DNA from: Dehalococcoidia bacterium
Lineage (GTDB): Bacteria > Chloroflexota > Dehalococcoidia > UBA2979
Length of the DNA stretch: 64,000 bases
Direction of reading: 5' to 3'
Assembly (NCBI GenBank): GCA_965219085.1
Contig: OZ244720.1
Coordinates: forward strand, 960,001-1,024,000
Part shown: positions 17,708-28,663 of the stretch, piece by piece
Layout of the letters: every line of letters begins with the position of its first letter
How positions within the stretch are numbered: position 1 is the first letter of the stretch
Program-made: the position numbers and the translations under genes
Notes under the pieces: model-generated
What the model saw: the letters and a program-made list of their open reading frames with translations, nothing else
Told to the model about the DNA's origin: nothing
Database searches by the model: none

Positions 17708-19423
17708 ATGAAGATGAGCGGCGCCGACATCGTCCTCGAGTCCCTGAAGCGTATCGGCATCGACACCGTATTCGGCTACCCGGGCGGGGTTGTCCTCCCC
17801 CTCTACGACCGCATCCCCGCCCACCCCGAGGTGCGCCACATCCTGGTCCGCCACGAGCAAGGCGGCGGCCACGCCGCCGACGCCTATGCCCGCGCCAGCG
17901 GCCGCCTCGGCTGCGCGCTCGCCACCTCCGGCCCGGGCGCGACGAACCTCGTCACCGCGGTCCAGAACGCGATGATGGACTCGGTGCCGACGCTGTTCAT
18001 CACCGGCAACGTCGCGCGCAACCTGATCGGCAAGGACGGCTTCCAGGAGGCCGACGCCACGGGCATCCTGGAGCCGTGCGTGAAGCACAACTACCTCGTG
18101 ATGCGCACCGAGGACCTCGCCTACACCTTCGCCGAAGCGGCGTACCTCGCCACGACCGGCCGGCCCGGGCCGGTGCACATCGACATCCCCAAGGATGTGT
18201 TCATCGACGAGGCCGAGTTCGAGTGGCCCGACAAGGTCACCGTGCGCGGCTACCATATCCCCGGGGCCGCCCCGCAGGCGGACATCGATGAGGCCGCGCG
18301 GCTCCTCAACGGGGCCGAGCGGCCGCTGATCATCGCCGGGCACGGCGTCATCCTCGGCAACGCGTCCGAGGAGCTTCGCACGTTCGCCGAGCACAGCGGC
18401 ATCCCGGTCCTGAACACGCTGCTCGGGCTCGGCAGCCTCCCGCGCACGCACGTCCTGTCCTACGGGATGATGGGCATGCACGGTTCGTACGAGGCCAACA
18501 TGGCCGCCTCGAACGCCGACGTCGTGATCGGCATCGGCAACCGCATGGACGACCGTGCGATGGGGCGCTTCAACGACTTCAACCACGGCGCGAAGCTGAT
18601 CCACGTCGACATCGACCCCGGCGAGCACGGCAAGAACCTGCCGACCGCCGTCCCGATCCTCGGCGATGTGAAGCACGTGCTGCCGCAGCTCACCGCGGCG
18701 GTCCACCAGCGCTCGCACATGGACTGGATCCGCTGGATCGACGAGGAGCGCGACGCACACGCGCGCTCGATGGCGATCCCGAGCGGGCCGGAGCTGACCA
18801 CGCAGTACGTGATCAAGCGCATCTCCGACCTCAACGACGACGAGACGGTGCTCGTGACCGGCGTGGGCCAGCACCAGATGTGGGCCGCGCAGCACCTGCG
18901 CGTCACGCGCCCGCACCAGCTCATCACCTCGGGCGGCCTCGGCACGATGGGCTTCGAGGTCCCCGCCGCGATGGGCGCGCAGGTGGCGTGCCCCGACCGC
19001 GCGGTGTGGTCGATCTGCGGCGACGGCGGCTTCCAGATGACGCTGCAGGAGCTCGCCACGATGGTCGACGAGCACCTCCCCGTGAAGCTCGCGATCATCA
19101 ACAACGGCTTCCTCGGCATGGTCCGCCAGTGGCAGGAGCTGTTCTACGAGGACAACTACGTCTCCGTCGCCATGAGCCAGCCCGACTTCGTGAAGCTCGC
19201 CGACGCCTACGGCATCAAGTCGATCCGCGTCACCGAGAAGTCCGAGGTCGACGCCGCCATTGAGGAGGCGAACGCACACAACGGCCCGGTGCTGCTCGAC
19301 TTCCAGGTCGAGGCCGAGACCAACGTCTGGCCGATGGTCCCGGCGGGCGCCGCGCTCTCCGAGACCGTCGAGGCCCCCGAGACCGTCGAGGAGACGGAGA
19401 CGGCAACCGAGGTGGCCTCGTGA
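17708..19423 (+). CDS. ilvB: Acetolactate synthase large subunit
   Basis: FGYPGG, RHEQ, TSGPGATN, GVGQHQMW, GDGGFQM...NN, GMVRQWQ. Confidence 0.96.
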   Translation: MKMSGADIVLESLKRIGIDTVFGYPGGVVLPLYDRIPAHPEVRHILVRHEQGGGHAADAYARASGRLGCALATSGPGATNLVTAVQNAMMDSVPTLFITGNVARNLIGKDGFQEADATGILEPCVKHNYLVMRTEDLAYTFAEAAYLATTGRPGPVHIDIPKDVFIDEAEFEWPDKVTVRGYHIPGAAPQADIDEAARLLNGAERPLIIAGHGVILGNASEELRTFAEHSGIPVLNTLLGLGSLPRTHVLSYGMMGMHGSYEANMAASNADVVIGIGNRMDDRAMGRFNDFNHGAKLIHVDIDPGEHGKNLPTAVPILGDVKHVLPQLTAAVHQRSHMDWIRWIDEERDAHARSMAIPSGPELTTQYVIKRISDLNDDETVLVTGVGQHQMWAAQHLRVTRPHQLITSGGLGTMGFEVPAAMGAQVACPDRAVWSICGDGGFQMTLQELATMVDEHLPVKLAIINNGFLGMVRQWQELFYEDNYVSVAMSQPDFVKLADAYGIKSIRVTEKSEVDAAIEEANAHNGPVLLDFQVEAETNVWPMVPAGAALSETVEAPETVEETETATEVAS

Positions 19424-20019
19424 CCGCCGCTCCCACGCATGCGACGAAGCACACGGTCGTCGCGCTCGTCGAGGACCGCCCCGGCGTCCTCAACCGCGTC
19501 GCGTCGCTGTTCCGGCGGCGCGGCTTCAACATCGACTCGCTCGCCGTCGGCACGACCGAGGAGGCGGGCATCTCGCGCATGACGATCGTCGTCGAGAGCG
19601 AGAACGGCATCGTCGACCAGGTCGAGAAGCAGCTCGGCAAGCTGATCGATGTGATCTCGGTCTCCGACCTGACGCACGAGGATGCCGTCACGCGCGAACT
19701 CGCGCTGATCAAGGTCGCGTGCACCACGGAGCAGCGCCGCGAAGTGCTCGACCTCGTCGACATCTTCCGGGCGCGCGCCGTCGACGTGTCGCCGGGCAGC
19801 CTGATCATCCAGATCGTGGCCGACGAGCGACAGCTCGACTCGCTGCTCGAGAACCTCGGACCGTACGGCGTGATGGAGATGACCCGCACGGGCCGCATCG
19901 CGATGCTCCGCGGCGAGGAGACGACGGCGCTGCACGAGCCCGAGCCCGATGACGCGCAGCGGTTCCACCAGGAGTCCGGCCGGCGGCCCGAGGGCGAGCT
20001 GCCATACGTCAGCGACTAG
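19420..20019 (+). CDS. ilvN: Acetolactate synthase regulatory subunit
   Basis: ACT domain EDRPGVLNRVASLFRRRGFNIDSL. Confidence 0.95.
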   Translation: MTAAPTHATKHTVVALVEDRPGVLNRVASLFRRRGFNIDSLAVGTTEEAGISRMTIVVESENGIVDQVEKQLGKLIDVISVSDLTHEDAVTRELALIKVACTTEQRREVLDLVDIFRARAVDVSPGSLIIQIVADERQLDSLLENLGPYGVMEMTRTGRIAMLRGEETTALHEPEPDDAQRFHQESGRRPEGELPYVSD

Positions 20020-20058
20020 CGCATCGCCGGTACGACCCGGCGGAAGGAGAGCGACCGC

Positions 20059-21057
20059 GTGGCCAGGATCTACTACGACGAAGACGCCGACCTCGGACTG
20101 CTCGAGGGCAAGACCATCGGGGTCATCGGCTACGGCTCGCAGGGCCACGCGCACGCGCTAAACCTGCACGACTCCGGCCTGCGGGTCGCCGTGGGACTCT
20201 ACCCCGGCTCCCCCTCGTGGGAGAAGGCGCAGGCCGAAGGCCTGCAGGTGGGCAGTGTCGTCGACGTCGCGCGCGACGCCGACGTGATCATGATGCTCGT
20301 CCCGGACCAGGTGCAGCGCCAGGTCTACGAGGACCACATCGCGCCGCACATCGCCGGCAAGACGCTGATGTTCGCGCACGGCTTCAACGTGCACTTCAAC
20401 CAGATCGACGCGCCCGAGGACGTCGACGTGACGATGATCGCGCCGAAGGGCCCCGGCCACCTCGTGCGCCGCGAGTACACGAACGGCATCGGCGTGCCGG
20501 CGCTGGTCGCCGTGCACCAGGACGCGAGCGAGTCGGCCCTGCAGGTCGCACTCGCCTACGGCAAGGGCATCGGCAGTACGCGCGCCGGGATCCTGCAGAC
20601 GACGTTCCTCGAGGAGACGGAGACGGACCTGTTCGGCGAGCAGGTCATCCTCTGCGGCGGCATCACCTCGCTGATCAAGGCCGCCTACGAGACGCTCGTC
20701 GAAGCCGGCTACCAGCCGGAGTCCGCGTACTTCGAGACCTTCCACGAGCTCAAGCTCATCGTCGACCTGCTGTACGAGGGCGGCATGGAGTACATGCGCT
20801 ACTCGATCAGCGACACCGCCGAGTTCGGCGACTACACGCGCGGCCCGCGCGTCATCGACTCGAGCGTGAAGGACCGCATGCGCGAGATCCTCGGCGAGAT
20901 CCGCAGCGGGCAGTTCGCGCAGGAGTGGATCACCGAGAACCAGGCCGGCCGCCCGCGCTTCCTCGCGCTGCGCCGCATGAATGCCGAGCACCCCGTCGAG
21001 GCCGTCGGCAAGGAAGTGCGCGCGATGATGGCGTGGCTGGGACAGTCCCAGACGTGA
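20059..21057 (+). CDS. ilvC: Ketol-acid reductoisomerase
   Basis: [34 protein letters not shown]. Confidence 0.97.
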   Translation: MARIYYDEDADLGLLEGKTIGVIGYGSQGHAHALNLHDSGLRVAVGLYPGSPSWEKAQAEGLQVGSVVDVARDADVIMMLVPDQVQRQVYEDHIAPHIAGKTLMFAHGFNVHFNQIDAPEDVDVTMIAPKGPGHLVRREYTNGIGVPALVAVHQDASESALQVALAYGKGIGSTRAGILQTTFLEETETDLFGEQVILCGGITSLIKAAYETLVEAGYQPESAYFETFHELKLIVDLLYEGGMEYMRYSISDTAEFGDYTRGPRVIDSSVKDRMREILGEIRSGQFAQEWITENQAGRPRFLALRRMNAEHPVEAVGKEVRAMMAWLGQSQT

Positions 21058-21306
21058 TCGCGCCGGGCGACTCCCGCCGCGCAGGAAGCGCATGCGCCGT
21101 CGCTGTACGCAGCGGCGGTGGGAGCGTGTCGGTTGCGGGCGCCTCTGGGCGCCCGAGCCATACCGTGCGCCCGTGTCGCGCCACCCGTGAACGCCTCGAG
21201 CTGCTCCGGGCAGTGCTCGTGCTTATGGGGCCCTCCACCGCGTGAGCGGGCGGAGGGCCGGACCCGGAACCATCAGGCGGGGGCGCAAGGCAGGGACGAC
21301 CAGGCA

Positions 21307-22857
21307 ATGAGCGACAGCGACAAGGTCTACATATTCGATACCACGCTCCGCGACGGCGAGCAGTCCGCGGGCGTCGGCTTCACCATCGAGGACAAGCTCG
21401 AGGTCGCCCGCCAGCTCGGGCGCCTCAACGTCGACATCATCGAGGCGGGCTTCCCGTTCTCCTCGCCCGGCGACTTCGAGGCGGTCTCGCTGATCGCGCG
21501 CGAGGTCAAGGGCCCGATCATCGCGGGGCTCGCGCGCGCCAACGCCGGCGACGTCGACTCGTGCTGGAATGCCATCGCGCAGGCCGAGACGCCGCGCATC
21601 CACGTCTTCATCTCGGCCAGCGAGATCCACATGGCGCACCAGCTGCGCAAGAACCGCGAGGACGTGATGGAGATGGCGCGCGGCGCCGTCGCCCGCGCCC
21701 GCGGCTACTGCGAGGATGTCGAGTTCTCGCCGATGGACGCCACGCGCTCCGACCCGGAGTTCGTGTACCAGCTCCTCCAGGCCGCCATCGAGGAGGGCGC
21801 GACGACGGTCAACATCCCCGACACGGTCGGCTACGCGCTCCCGCAGGAGTTCGGCAACCTCATCGCCGCCGTGCGCGAAAACGTGCCGAACATCGACAAG
21901 GCGCGCATCTCGGTGCACTGCCACAACGACCTCGGCATGGCGACGGCGAACTCGCTCTCCGGCGTGCTCAACGGCGCACGCCAGGTCGAGGGCGCCATCA
22001 ACGGCATCGGCGAGCGCGCCGGGAACACCTCGATCGAAGAGGTGATCATGGCCATCCGCACGCGCGGCGACTTCGGCCACGTCCACACCGACGTGAAGAC
22101 CGACGAGCTCTTCCGCGCCAGCCGCATCGTCGAGCGCGTCTCGGGCATGGCCGTGCAGTCCAACAAAGCGGTGGTGGGGCGCAACGCGTTCCGGCACTCC
22201 TCAGGCATCCACCAGGACGGCGTGCTCAAGCTGCGCGAGACCTACGAGATCATGGACCCGGCCTCGATCGGCATCCCCGTGGGGGACTCGATCGTGCTGA
22301 CGAAGGTCTCGGGCCGCCACGGCCTGCGCGCGCGCATCGCCGACCTCGGCGTGGAGCTCGACGACGAGGTCCTCGGCCGCGTCTACGAGGCGTTCAAGGA
22401 CGTCGCCGACCGCAAGGACGAGGTCGACGACCGCGACCTGCAGGCGATCCTCGCCGAGCAGGCCTCGGTGCAGGTCCACGACCAGTGGCAGCTCGACCTC
22501 GTGCAGGTGCAGGCCGGCGACCACTCGTCGCCTACGGCCACCGTGCGGCTCATCGACCGCGAGGGCGAGGTGCACCAGGACGCGGCGATCGGCACCGGCC
22601 CCGTGGACGCCATCTACCAGGCCATCAACCGCGTCGTCGGCATCGAGAACGAGCTGACCGAGTTCAGCGTGAAGTCCGTGACCGAGGGCATCGACGCCGT
22701 CGGCGAAGTCACCATCCGCATCGAGGCGGAGGGCCGCACGTACACCGGCCGCGCCGCCGATACGGACATCCTCGTGGCATCCGCGCGCGCGTACCTGCAC
22801 GCGCTCAACCGCATGACCAACGTAGCGGCGCAGCAGCCCCTGGCAGCCGCGCCGTAG
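21307..22857 (+). CDS. leuA: 2-isopropylmalate synthase
   Basis: FDTTLRDGEQ, NIPDTVG, HCHNDLG, GIGERAGN, HQDG, C-terminal regulatory domain. Confidence 0.95.
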   Translation: MSDSDKVYIFDTTLRDGEQSAGVGFTIEDKLEVARQLGRLNVDIIEAGFPFSSPGDFEAVSLIAREVKGPIIAGLARANAGDVDSCWNAIAQAETPRIHVFISASEIHMAHQLRKNREDVMEMARGAVARARGYCEDVEFSPMDATRSDPEFVYQLLQAAIEEGATTVNIPDTVGYALPQEFGNLIAAVRENVPNIDKARISVHCHNDLGMATANSLSGVLNGARQVEGAINGIGERAGNTSIEEVIMAIRTRGDFGHVHTDVKTDELFRASRIVERVSGMAVQSNKAVVGRNAFRHSSGIHQDGVLKLRETYEIMDPASIGIPVGDSIVLTKVSGRHGLRARIADLGVELDDEVLGRVYEAFKDVADRKDEVDDRDLQAILAEQASVQVHDQWQLDLVQVQAGDHSSPTATVRLIDREGEVHQDAAIGTGPVDAIYQAINRVVGIENELTEFSVKSVTEGIDAVGEVTIRIEAEGRTYTGRAADTDILVASARAYLHALNRMTNVAAQQPLAAAP

Positions 22858-22867
22858 CGACAAGAGA

Positions 22868-23494
22868 ATGAATCCGTGGCGAGTCATCAGACACTACAGA
22901 TATTGGTATGCAAGGAGGCTGGCTGCTCAAGCTGCTAGGAATCAAGACTACTGGGGGCGCGGTTTCGACGAACGATATGGGTGGCTCGTTCTGCCTTGCT
23001 GCGCCGTATTACTTGCCTCTGTGATCACATCGGCGGTGATCATGGGGATGGCCGATGGTGATGGTCGAGCGCCTAAGCAGACAGCTGTAGAAACTACCAA
23101 TCCGCCCACTCCCGTATTGGATGCCCAAGTTTCGCCGCTAGAAACCGACCCCATCACCGTGGTGCATGACCCAGAACTCGCATCATTCTTCATAAATCAC
23201 ATCACGGTTGATTCATTTGGAGGGGTACCGGTGTCAGGTCTCTATTTTGAGCTTATCAATAACCCTTGGGGGCATGGTCATTTGGTCATCCTGCTTCCGT
23301 TCACGCACGCGTTCGGAATGAGCCGGGGCGTCTGGCTCGCAGTCGACAACGAATATCTATTCGCGATCAACGGAACGGCCATTGAGATCGCACACGGTGA
23401 CGGGTTCCTGCGAGATGCCCCGCCCCACATCCGCAGCGCGGCTCGGATCCCGCAAAGCAACCTTGCCGTCTTCGAGTATCTGGGCATACGGTGA
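22868..23494 (+). CDS. Hypothetical single-TM protein with lower GC, inserted between leuA and leuC
   Basis: 208-aa ORF with many A/T-ending codons, unlike its neighbours. Confidence 0.6.
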   Translation: MNPWRVIRHYRYWYARRLAAQAARNQDYWGRGFDERYGWLVLPCCAVLLASVITSAVIMGMADGDGRAPKQTAVETTNPPTPVLDAQVSPLETDPITVVHDPELASFFINHITVDSFGGVPVSGLYFELINNPWGHGHLVILLPFTHAFGMSRGVWLAVDNEYLFAINGTAIEIAHGDGFLRDAPPHIRSAARIPQSNLAVFEYLGIR

Positions 23495-23567
23495 AGGCAT
23501 GGCGCGGCGGCCGTTGCTAGGCCCTGCCAGATGGACAGCGTACGGGCAGCCAAGTAGGGAAGCACAT

Positions 23568-25022
23568 ATGACCGGACCGAAGACGCTCGCCGAGAAGATC
23601 TGGGAAGCGCACGTCGTCGACAGCCCGCTGGCCGAAGCCGCGCGCCGCGAGGCGCTCGGCGAGGAGGCGCCCGGCGGCGTGCCGACGGACCTGCTCTATA
23701 TCGACCTCCACCTCGTGCACGAGGTGACGTCGCCGCAGGCGTTCGAGGGCCTGCGCCTCGCCGGCAACTCCGTGCGCCGGCCGGACCTCACGCTCGCGAC
23801 CATCGACCATAACGTGCCGACCATTGGCCGCGACCTGCCGAACCCCGACCCGCTGTCCGCGCAGCAGATCGAGGTGATGCGCACCAACGCCCAGGAGTTC
23901 GGCATTCCGATCTTCGACGTGTTCGACATGCGCCAGGGCATCGTCCACGTGATCGGGCCGGAGCAGGGTCTCACCCAGCCCGGCACGACCATCGTCTGCG
24001 GCGACAGCCACACCTCCACGCACGGCGCCTTCGGTGCACTCGCGTTCGGCATCGGCACCTCCGAGGTCGAGCACGTGCTGGCCACGCAGACGATGCGGCA
24101 GGTGCGCCCGCGCACCATGTCCGTCGAGGTCACCGGCGAGCTCGGCCCCGGCGTGATGGCGAAGGACGTGATCCTCGCGATCATCAACGAGATCGGCGTC
24201 GACGGCGGCGTCGGCTACGTCATCGAGTACCGCGGCGACGTCATCCGCAACCTCTCGATGGAGGGCCGGATGACCGTCTGCAACATGTCGATCGAGGCCG
24301 GCGCACGCGCGGGCCTCGTCGCGCCGGACGAGACGACGTTCGCCTACATGGACGGCCGCCGCCACGCCCCGAAGGGCGAGGACTGGGAGCGCGCACTGGA
24401 GTACTGGCGCTCGCTGCCGACCGACGAGGGCGCGACGTTCGACAAGGAGGTCGTCCTCGACGGCGCCGCGATCCCGCCGTTCGTCACGTGGGGCACGAAC
24501 CCCGGCCAGAGCGTGACCGTCAACGAGGCGATCCCCGACCCCGACAGCTTCGACGAGCCCACCAAGCGCGAGGCCGCCGCGCGCGCCCTCGAGTACCAGG
24601 CACTTGAGGCCGGCACCCCCATCCGCGACATCCGCATCGACCGCGTGTTCCTCGGCTCCTGCACGAACGGGCGCATCGAGGACCTGCGCTCGGCCGCGAG
24701 CGTGATCCAGGGCAAGCGCGTCGCCGACGGCGTGAACGCGATGGTGGTCCCGGGCTCCGGCCTCGTGAAGGCGCAGGCCGAGCAGGAAGGCCTCGACCAG
24801 ATCTTCCTCGACGCCGGTTTCGAGTGGCGCGACGCGGGGTGCTCGATGTGCCTGGGCATGAACCCGGACATCCTTGCGCCCGGCGAGCGCTGCGCTTCGA
24901 CGTCGAACCGCAACTTCGAGGGCCGGCAGGGCCCCGGTGGCCGCACGCACCTCGTGAGCCCGGCCATGGCCGCCGCGGCCGCGATCGCGGGCCACTTCGT
25001 AGACGTCCGGGAGGTGATCTAG
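23568..25022 (+). CDS. leuC: 3-isopropylmalate dehydratase large subunit
   Basis: [48 protein letters not shown]. Confidence 0.97.
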   Translation: MTGPKTLAEKIWEAHVVDSPLAEAARREALGEEAPGGVPTDLLYIDLHLVHEVTSPQAFEGLRLAGNSVRRPDLTLATIDHNVPTIGRDLPNPDPLSAQQIEVMRTNAQEFGIPIFDVFDMRQGIVHVIGPEQGLTQPGTTIVCGDSHTSTHGAFGALAFGIGTSEVEHVLATQTMRQVRPRTMSVEVTGELGPGVMAKDVILAIINEIGVDGGVGYVIEYRGDVIRNLSMEGRMTVCNMSIEAGARAGLVAPDETTFAYMDGRRHAPKGEDWERALEYWRSLPTDEGATFDKEVVLDGAAIPPFVTWGTNPGQSVTVNEAIPDPDSFDEPTKREAAARALEYQALEAGTPIRDIRIDRVFLGSCTNGRIEDLRSAASVIQGKRVADGVNAMVVPGSGLVKAQAEQEGLDQIFLDAGFEWRDAGCSMCLGMNPDILAPGERCASTSNRNFEGRQGPGGRTHLVSPAMAAAAAIAGHFVDVREVI

Positions 25023-25612
25023 TGGACGCCGTCAGCAACGTCACCGGTCGCGCGATCCCGCTCGATCGCTCGAACGTCGACACTGACCAGATCATCCCGG
25101 CGAAGTACCTCAAGCGCATCGAGCGCACCGGGTACGGCCCGTTCGCGTTCGAGGCCTGGCGGAAAGACCCGAACTTCGTGCTCAACAACCCGGCCTACGA
25201 TGGCGCCGCGATCATGCTCGCGAAGCAGAACTTCGGCTCCGGCTCCAGCCGCGAGCACGCGGTGTGGGCGATCGAGGGCCTCGGCGTGCGCGCCGTGATC
25301 GCCCCGACGTTCGCCGACATCTTCCGCAACAACTGCTTCCAGGGCGGCATCCTCACCGTCGAGCTGCCCGAGGAGGACGTCGACGAGCTGATGCGGCGCG
25401 CCACCGAGGACCCCACGACGGAGATCGAGATCGACCTCGAGACGCAGACCGTGCGCGCGGCCGAGTGGGAGCGGACGTTCGAGATCGACCCGTTCCGCAA
25501 GTACCGCCTGCAGCGCGGCCTCGACGACATCTCGATGACACTGGCGTACGAGGCCGACGTCGCCGCGTTCGAGGCGAACCGCTCGCCGCTGTTCCCGACG
25601 ACGGCGGCCTAA
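25022..25612 (+). CDS. leuD: 3-isopropylmalate dehydratase small subunit
   Basis: NVDTDQIIP, NFGSGSSREHA; GTG overlaps the leuC TAG. Confidence 0.95.
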   Translation: MDAVSNVTGRAIPLDRSNVDTDQIIPAKYLKRIERTGYGPFAFEAWRKDPNFVLNNPAYDGAAIMLAKQNFGSGSSREHAVWAIEGLGVRAVIAPTFADIFRNNCFQGGILTVELPEEDVDELMRRATEDPTTEIEIDLETQTVRAAEWERTFEIDPFRKYRLQRGLDDISMTLAYEADVAAFEANRSPLFPTTAA

Positions 25613-26509
25613 CGACGCCGGACCTCGCGGCCGTCCTCGCGCGCGGTTCCCGGGGCCGACCCGGCGAGCGCGCACGTCATCGGCGAGGGCTGGGGCGCGA
25701 GGGCGTACCGGCTCGGCAGCCGCACGATCCGCGTGCTCAAGCCCGAGGCGTACACGTGGGGCATCGACGCCGGCTACGCCCGCGAGCCCGCGCTCGCCCT
25801 CCTCGCCACCCACGGCATCCCCGTGCCCGCCAACGTCGAGGCCGTCCTCGGCGGGGACGGGCGCACCCTCGCCATCACCTACGACTACATCGAGGGCGTC
25901 CCCGTCGGTGACCTCGGCCGCTCAGCGCACGCGATGCTCGCGCGCGAGGTGGGCACCGCGCTGACGGCGCTGCACGCGGTCCCCGTGGAGGAGGCACGCG
26001 CACTCGGCGTGCCCGAGTTCGACCTCGGCGAGGAGCTGTACCGTCCGATGGTCGAGGCGTGCCTGCCGCACCTCGGACCGCGCGGGCGGGCGTGGCTCGA
26101 ACAACGCTTCGCGGCGTTCATCGAGGGCTGCGGGTCACGCGAGGCCGCGCGCGTGCTCGTGCATGGTGACCTCGGCTGCGGGCACCAGCTGGCCGGGGCC
26201 GACGGACACCTCGCGGGCGTGATCGACTGGGGTGACGCGCTCATCGCGGACCCGGCGTACGACCTCGCCGCACTGCTCGCCAACTGCCCGCGCGGCTTCG
26301 CCGAGCGCGTGATCGACGCGTACGAGGGTCCCGCGAGCCGCGACCCGGACATGCGGCGCCGCGCCGCGTTCTACGTCGACGCACTGCCGATCTGGCAGGT
26401 CTACTACGGCGGCGACATGGACGACGGCGAGACGCGCCGCGTGGGCGTGCGACGCATCGCCGCTCGCTCCGCGGCTGCCGCGAGGGCTTCGCAGCGCTCC
26501 GCGCGCTGA
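25612..26509 (+). pseudogene. Aminoglycoside-phosphotransferase/choline-kinase-like protein with a damaged 5' end
   Basis: IGEGWG (upstream of the ORF-track GTG 25733), VHGDL, GVIDWGD, DPAYD. No in-frame start before IGEGWG; apparent frameshift at ~25645. Confidence 0.55.
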
Positions 26510-26606
26510 CCGGGCACGCGCCACGTGGACGCAAGGCGCGCCCGCGCTACACTCCGCGCGGCCCGGCGCTGCCCCTCGCACGCGTCGCCCACTGAAGGAG
26601 GCAACG

Positions 26607-27701
26607 GTGGCCGAGTTCGACATCCTGGTGCTCGCTGGCGACGGCATCGGTCCCGAGGTGACCGAAGAGGGCGTCCGCGCACTCGAAGCCATCGGCGAGC
26701 GCTTCGGCCACACGTTCCGCCTCAGCGACGACCTCGTCGGCGGCGCATGCATCGACGCCCACGGGGTGTCGATCCGGCCCGAGACCATCGAGGCCGCGCG
26801 CAACGCCGACGCGATCCTGTGGGGCGCCGTCGGCGGCCCCAAATGGAGCGACCCGCGCGCGCCCGTGCGCCCCGAGCAGGGCCTGCTCGCGCTGCGCTCC
26901 GAGCTCGGGCTGTGGGCCAACCTCCGCCCGGTCGTCGTCGACCCGCAGCTCGCCGACAACACCTCGCTCAAGCCCGAGGTGCTCGAGGGCGTCGACATCC
27001 TCGTGATCCGCGAACTCACGAGCGGCGTCTACTTCGGCCAGCCGCAGGAGCGCCGCACCGTGAACGGCGGCCGGGCCGCCGTCGACACGATGTACTACCA
27101 CGAGGATGAGGTCGCACGCGTCGCGCATCTCGGGTTCCGGCTCGCGCGCGAGCGGCGCGGCAAGGTCACGAGCGTCGACAAGGCGAACGTGCTCGAGTCC
27201 TCGCGGCTATGGCGCGAGGTCGTCGACGAGGTGCGCCCCGAGTACCCCGACGTGGACCTGGAGCACATCCTCGTCGACGCCGCGGCCATGCACCTCATCC
27301 GTCGCCCCTCGGACTTCGACGTGGTGATCACGACCAACCTGTTCGGCGACATCCTCACCGACGAAGCCTCGATGCTGGCGGGGTCGCTGGGCATGCTGCC
27401 CTCGGCGTCACTCGGCGAGCTGCGCGAGGACGGCCTCGGGCTCGGCATGTACGAGCCGATCCACGGCTCGGCGCCGGACATCGCCGGGCAGGGCCTCGCG
27501 AACCCGATAGCGATGTTCCTGTGCACCGCGATGCTGCTGCGCCACTCGTGCGGCCTCGAGGCGGAGGCGCAGGCGCTGGAGGCGGCCGTCGCCGCGGCCA
27601 TCGGCGACGGCCTGCGCACGGCGGACATCGCAGCGGCCGGCGAGCAGGCGTTGAGCACGCGCGAGATGGCGGACGCGATCCTCGGGCGGCTGGGCGCTTA
27701 G
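26607..27701 (+). CDS. leuB: 3-isopropylmalate dehydrogenase
   Basis: [48 protein letters not shown]; SD AAGGAGG. Confidence 0.97.
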   Translation: MAEFDILVLAGDGIGPEVTEEGVRALEAIGERFGHTFRLSDDLVGGACIDAHGVSIRPETIEAARNADAILWGAVGGPKWSDPRAPVRPEQGLLALRSELGLWANLRPVVVDPQLADNTSLKPEVLEGVDILVIRELTSGVYFGQPQERRTVNGGRAAVDTMYYHEDEVARVAHLGFRLARERRGKVTSVDKANVLESSRLWREVVDEVRPEYPDVDLEHILVDAAAMHLIRRPSDFDVVITTNLFGDILTDEASMLAGSLGMLPSASLGELREDGLGLGMYEPIHGSAPDIAGQGLANPIAMFLCTAMLLRHSCGLEAEAQALEAAVAAAIGDGLRTADIAAAGEQALSTREMADAILGRLGA

Positions 27702-27717
27702 CGCGGGGCCCTCGAAG

Positions 27718-28122
27718 TCAGCTCGAAGCGGAGCTTCCGAGTTCCGGGAAGTAGGTCGAGTAGAAGCGCTGGTCGCGCGTCAGGAGCGTATCGGCTGCGA
27801 CTGCCGCGTGGGCTCCGATCAGGAGGTCGGCGAGAATCCGCTGGCGCGGCCCGCCCGCTCGGCGATACTGCCCCCAGCGCGTTCCGGCTTCCCAGGCAAT
27901 GGCGGTGTCGATGCGCGATACCTCTGCGCCGATCGCTCTCAGCGCTGCGTCGAGTGCTTCGCGGTCGTCGGCCGTGGGAGCCAACTCTGCATAGACGATC
28001 TCGCAAACGACGACGGCTCCGCGATCGTAGGCCTCGGCGAGTCGAGCCCGCGACTGAGGCTCATGAACGGGGTCCTCGAGAAACAAGTCCAGGAGGACGT
28101 TCGTGTCGACGGCGGTGATCAC
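27718..28122 (-). CDS. vapC: VapC-family PIN-domain toxin
   Basis: AVDTNVLL, IVYAEL, LADLLIGAHA, LLTRD. Confidence 0.9.
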   Translation of the reverse strand: MITAVDTNVLLDLFLEDPVHEPQSRARLAEAYDRGAVVVCEIVYAELAPTADDREALDAALRAIGAEVSRIDTAIAWEAGTRWGQYRRAGGPRQRILADLLIGAHAAVAADTLLTRDQRFYSTYFPELGSSASS

Positions 28123-28349
28123 CTGCCGCGGATCTCTTTCATGTACTCGTCAGTGCTCCAGCCGGGGCACTTGAAGATGCCGACGATGCGGTCGACTGGG
28201 TGCACGCCGTCGGTCCGCTTGCGGATGAGCAGGCCGTCCTCAGTGGCGACGACCTCCACCTCGACGTCGTGGTGCATGCCGAAGCGGTCTCGCAGCTTCT
28301 TGGGAATGGTGATCTGGCCCCGTTGAGAGATACGCACGATCTTCTCCAT
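28119..28349 (-). CDS. AbrB/MazE-family antitoxin
   Basis: RISQRGQITIPKKLRDRFG; stop overlaps the vapC start. Confidence 0.9.
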   Translation of the reverse strand: MEKIVRISQRGQITIPKKLRDRFGMHHDVEVEVVATEDGLLIRKRTDGVHPVDRIVGIFKCPGWSTDEYMKEIRGR

Positions 28350-28440
28350 GACAGGTTCGTCGCTCACGGGATCGTAGCACCCAGGTACGAGCTTGGGACG
28401 GTGTATTGCAAATCCGATAAGCCGCGCGGTGGAGGGTCGT

Positions 28441-28470
28441 TTGTTCGTGTTCGGCACCCCCACCTACAAT
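28441..28470 (+). promoter_or_regulatory. Promoter of the cimA leader
   Basis: TTGTTC-18 bp-TACAAT, with ATG 6 nt downstream. Confidence 0.6.
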
Positions 28471-28476
28471 GCCTCC

Positions 28477-28563
28477 ATGACGCATTACGCGATCACACGC
28501 ACGAGGGCGAGGCGCGCCGACCGGCCAACAGGGCCGGCGGCGTCGATCATCGCGCGCGGCTAG
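28477..28563 (+). CDS. Putative cimA leader peptide (28 aa, ends ...SIIARG*)
   Basis: MTHYAITRTRARRADRPTGPAASIIARG*; tandem ATC ATC near the stop; leaderless position; 100 nt upstream of cimA. Confidence 0.7.
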   Translation: MTHYAITRTRARRADRPTGPAASIIARG

Positions 28564-28663
28564 CGCACCCCACCCAACACTCCACGGCGCTCACCAGCCT
28601 GCGAGGCGGCATCGACACGCCCCACGACCCGCTGAACGCGCCGAACCAGGACGGCGGTAGACC

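Noticed and set aside
25610-25612. Programmed stop readthrough fusing LeuD to the APH-like protein
   Set aside because: The frames do coincide, but the stop is TAA, the linker (RRRTSRPSSR) looks non-coding, and a frameshifted native N-terminus explains the data better.
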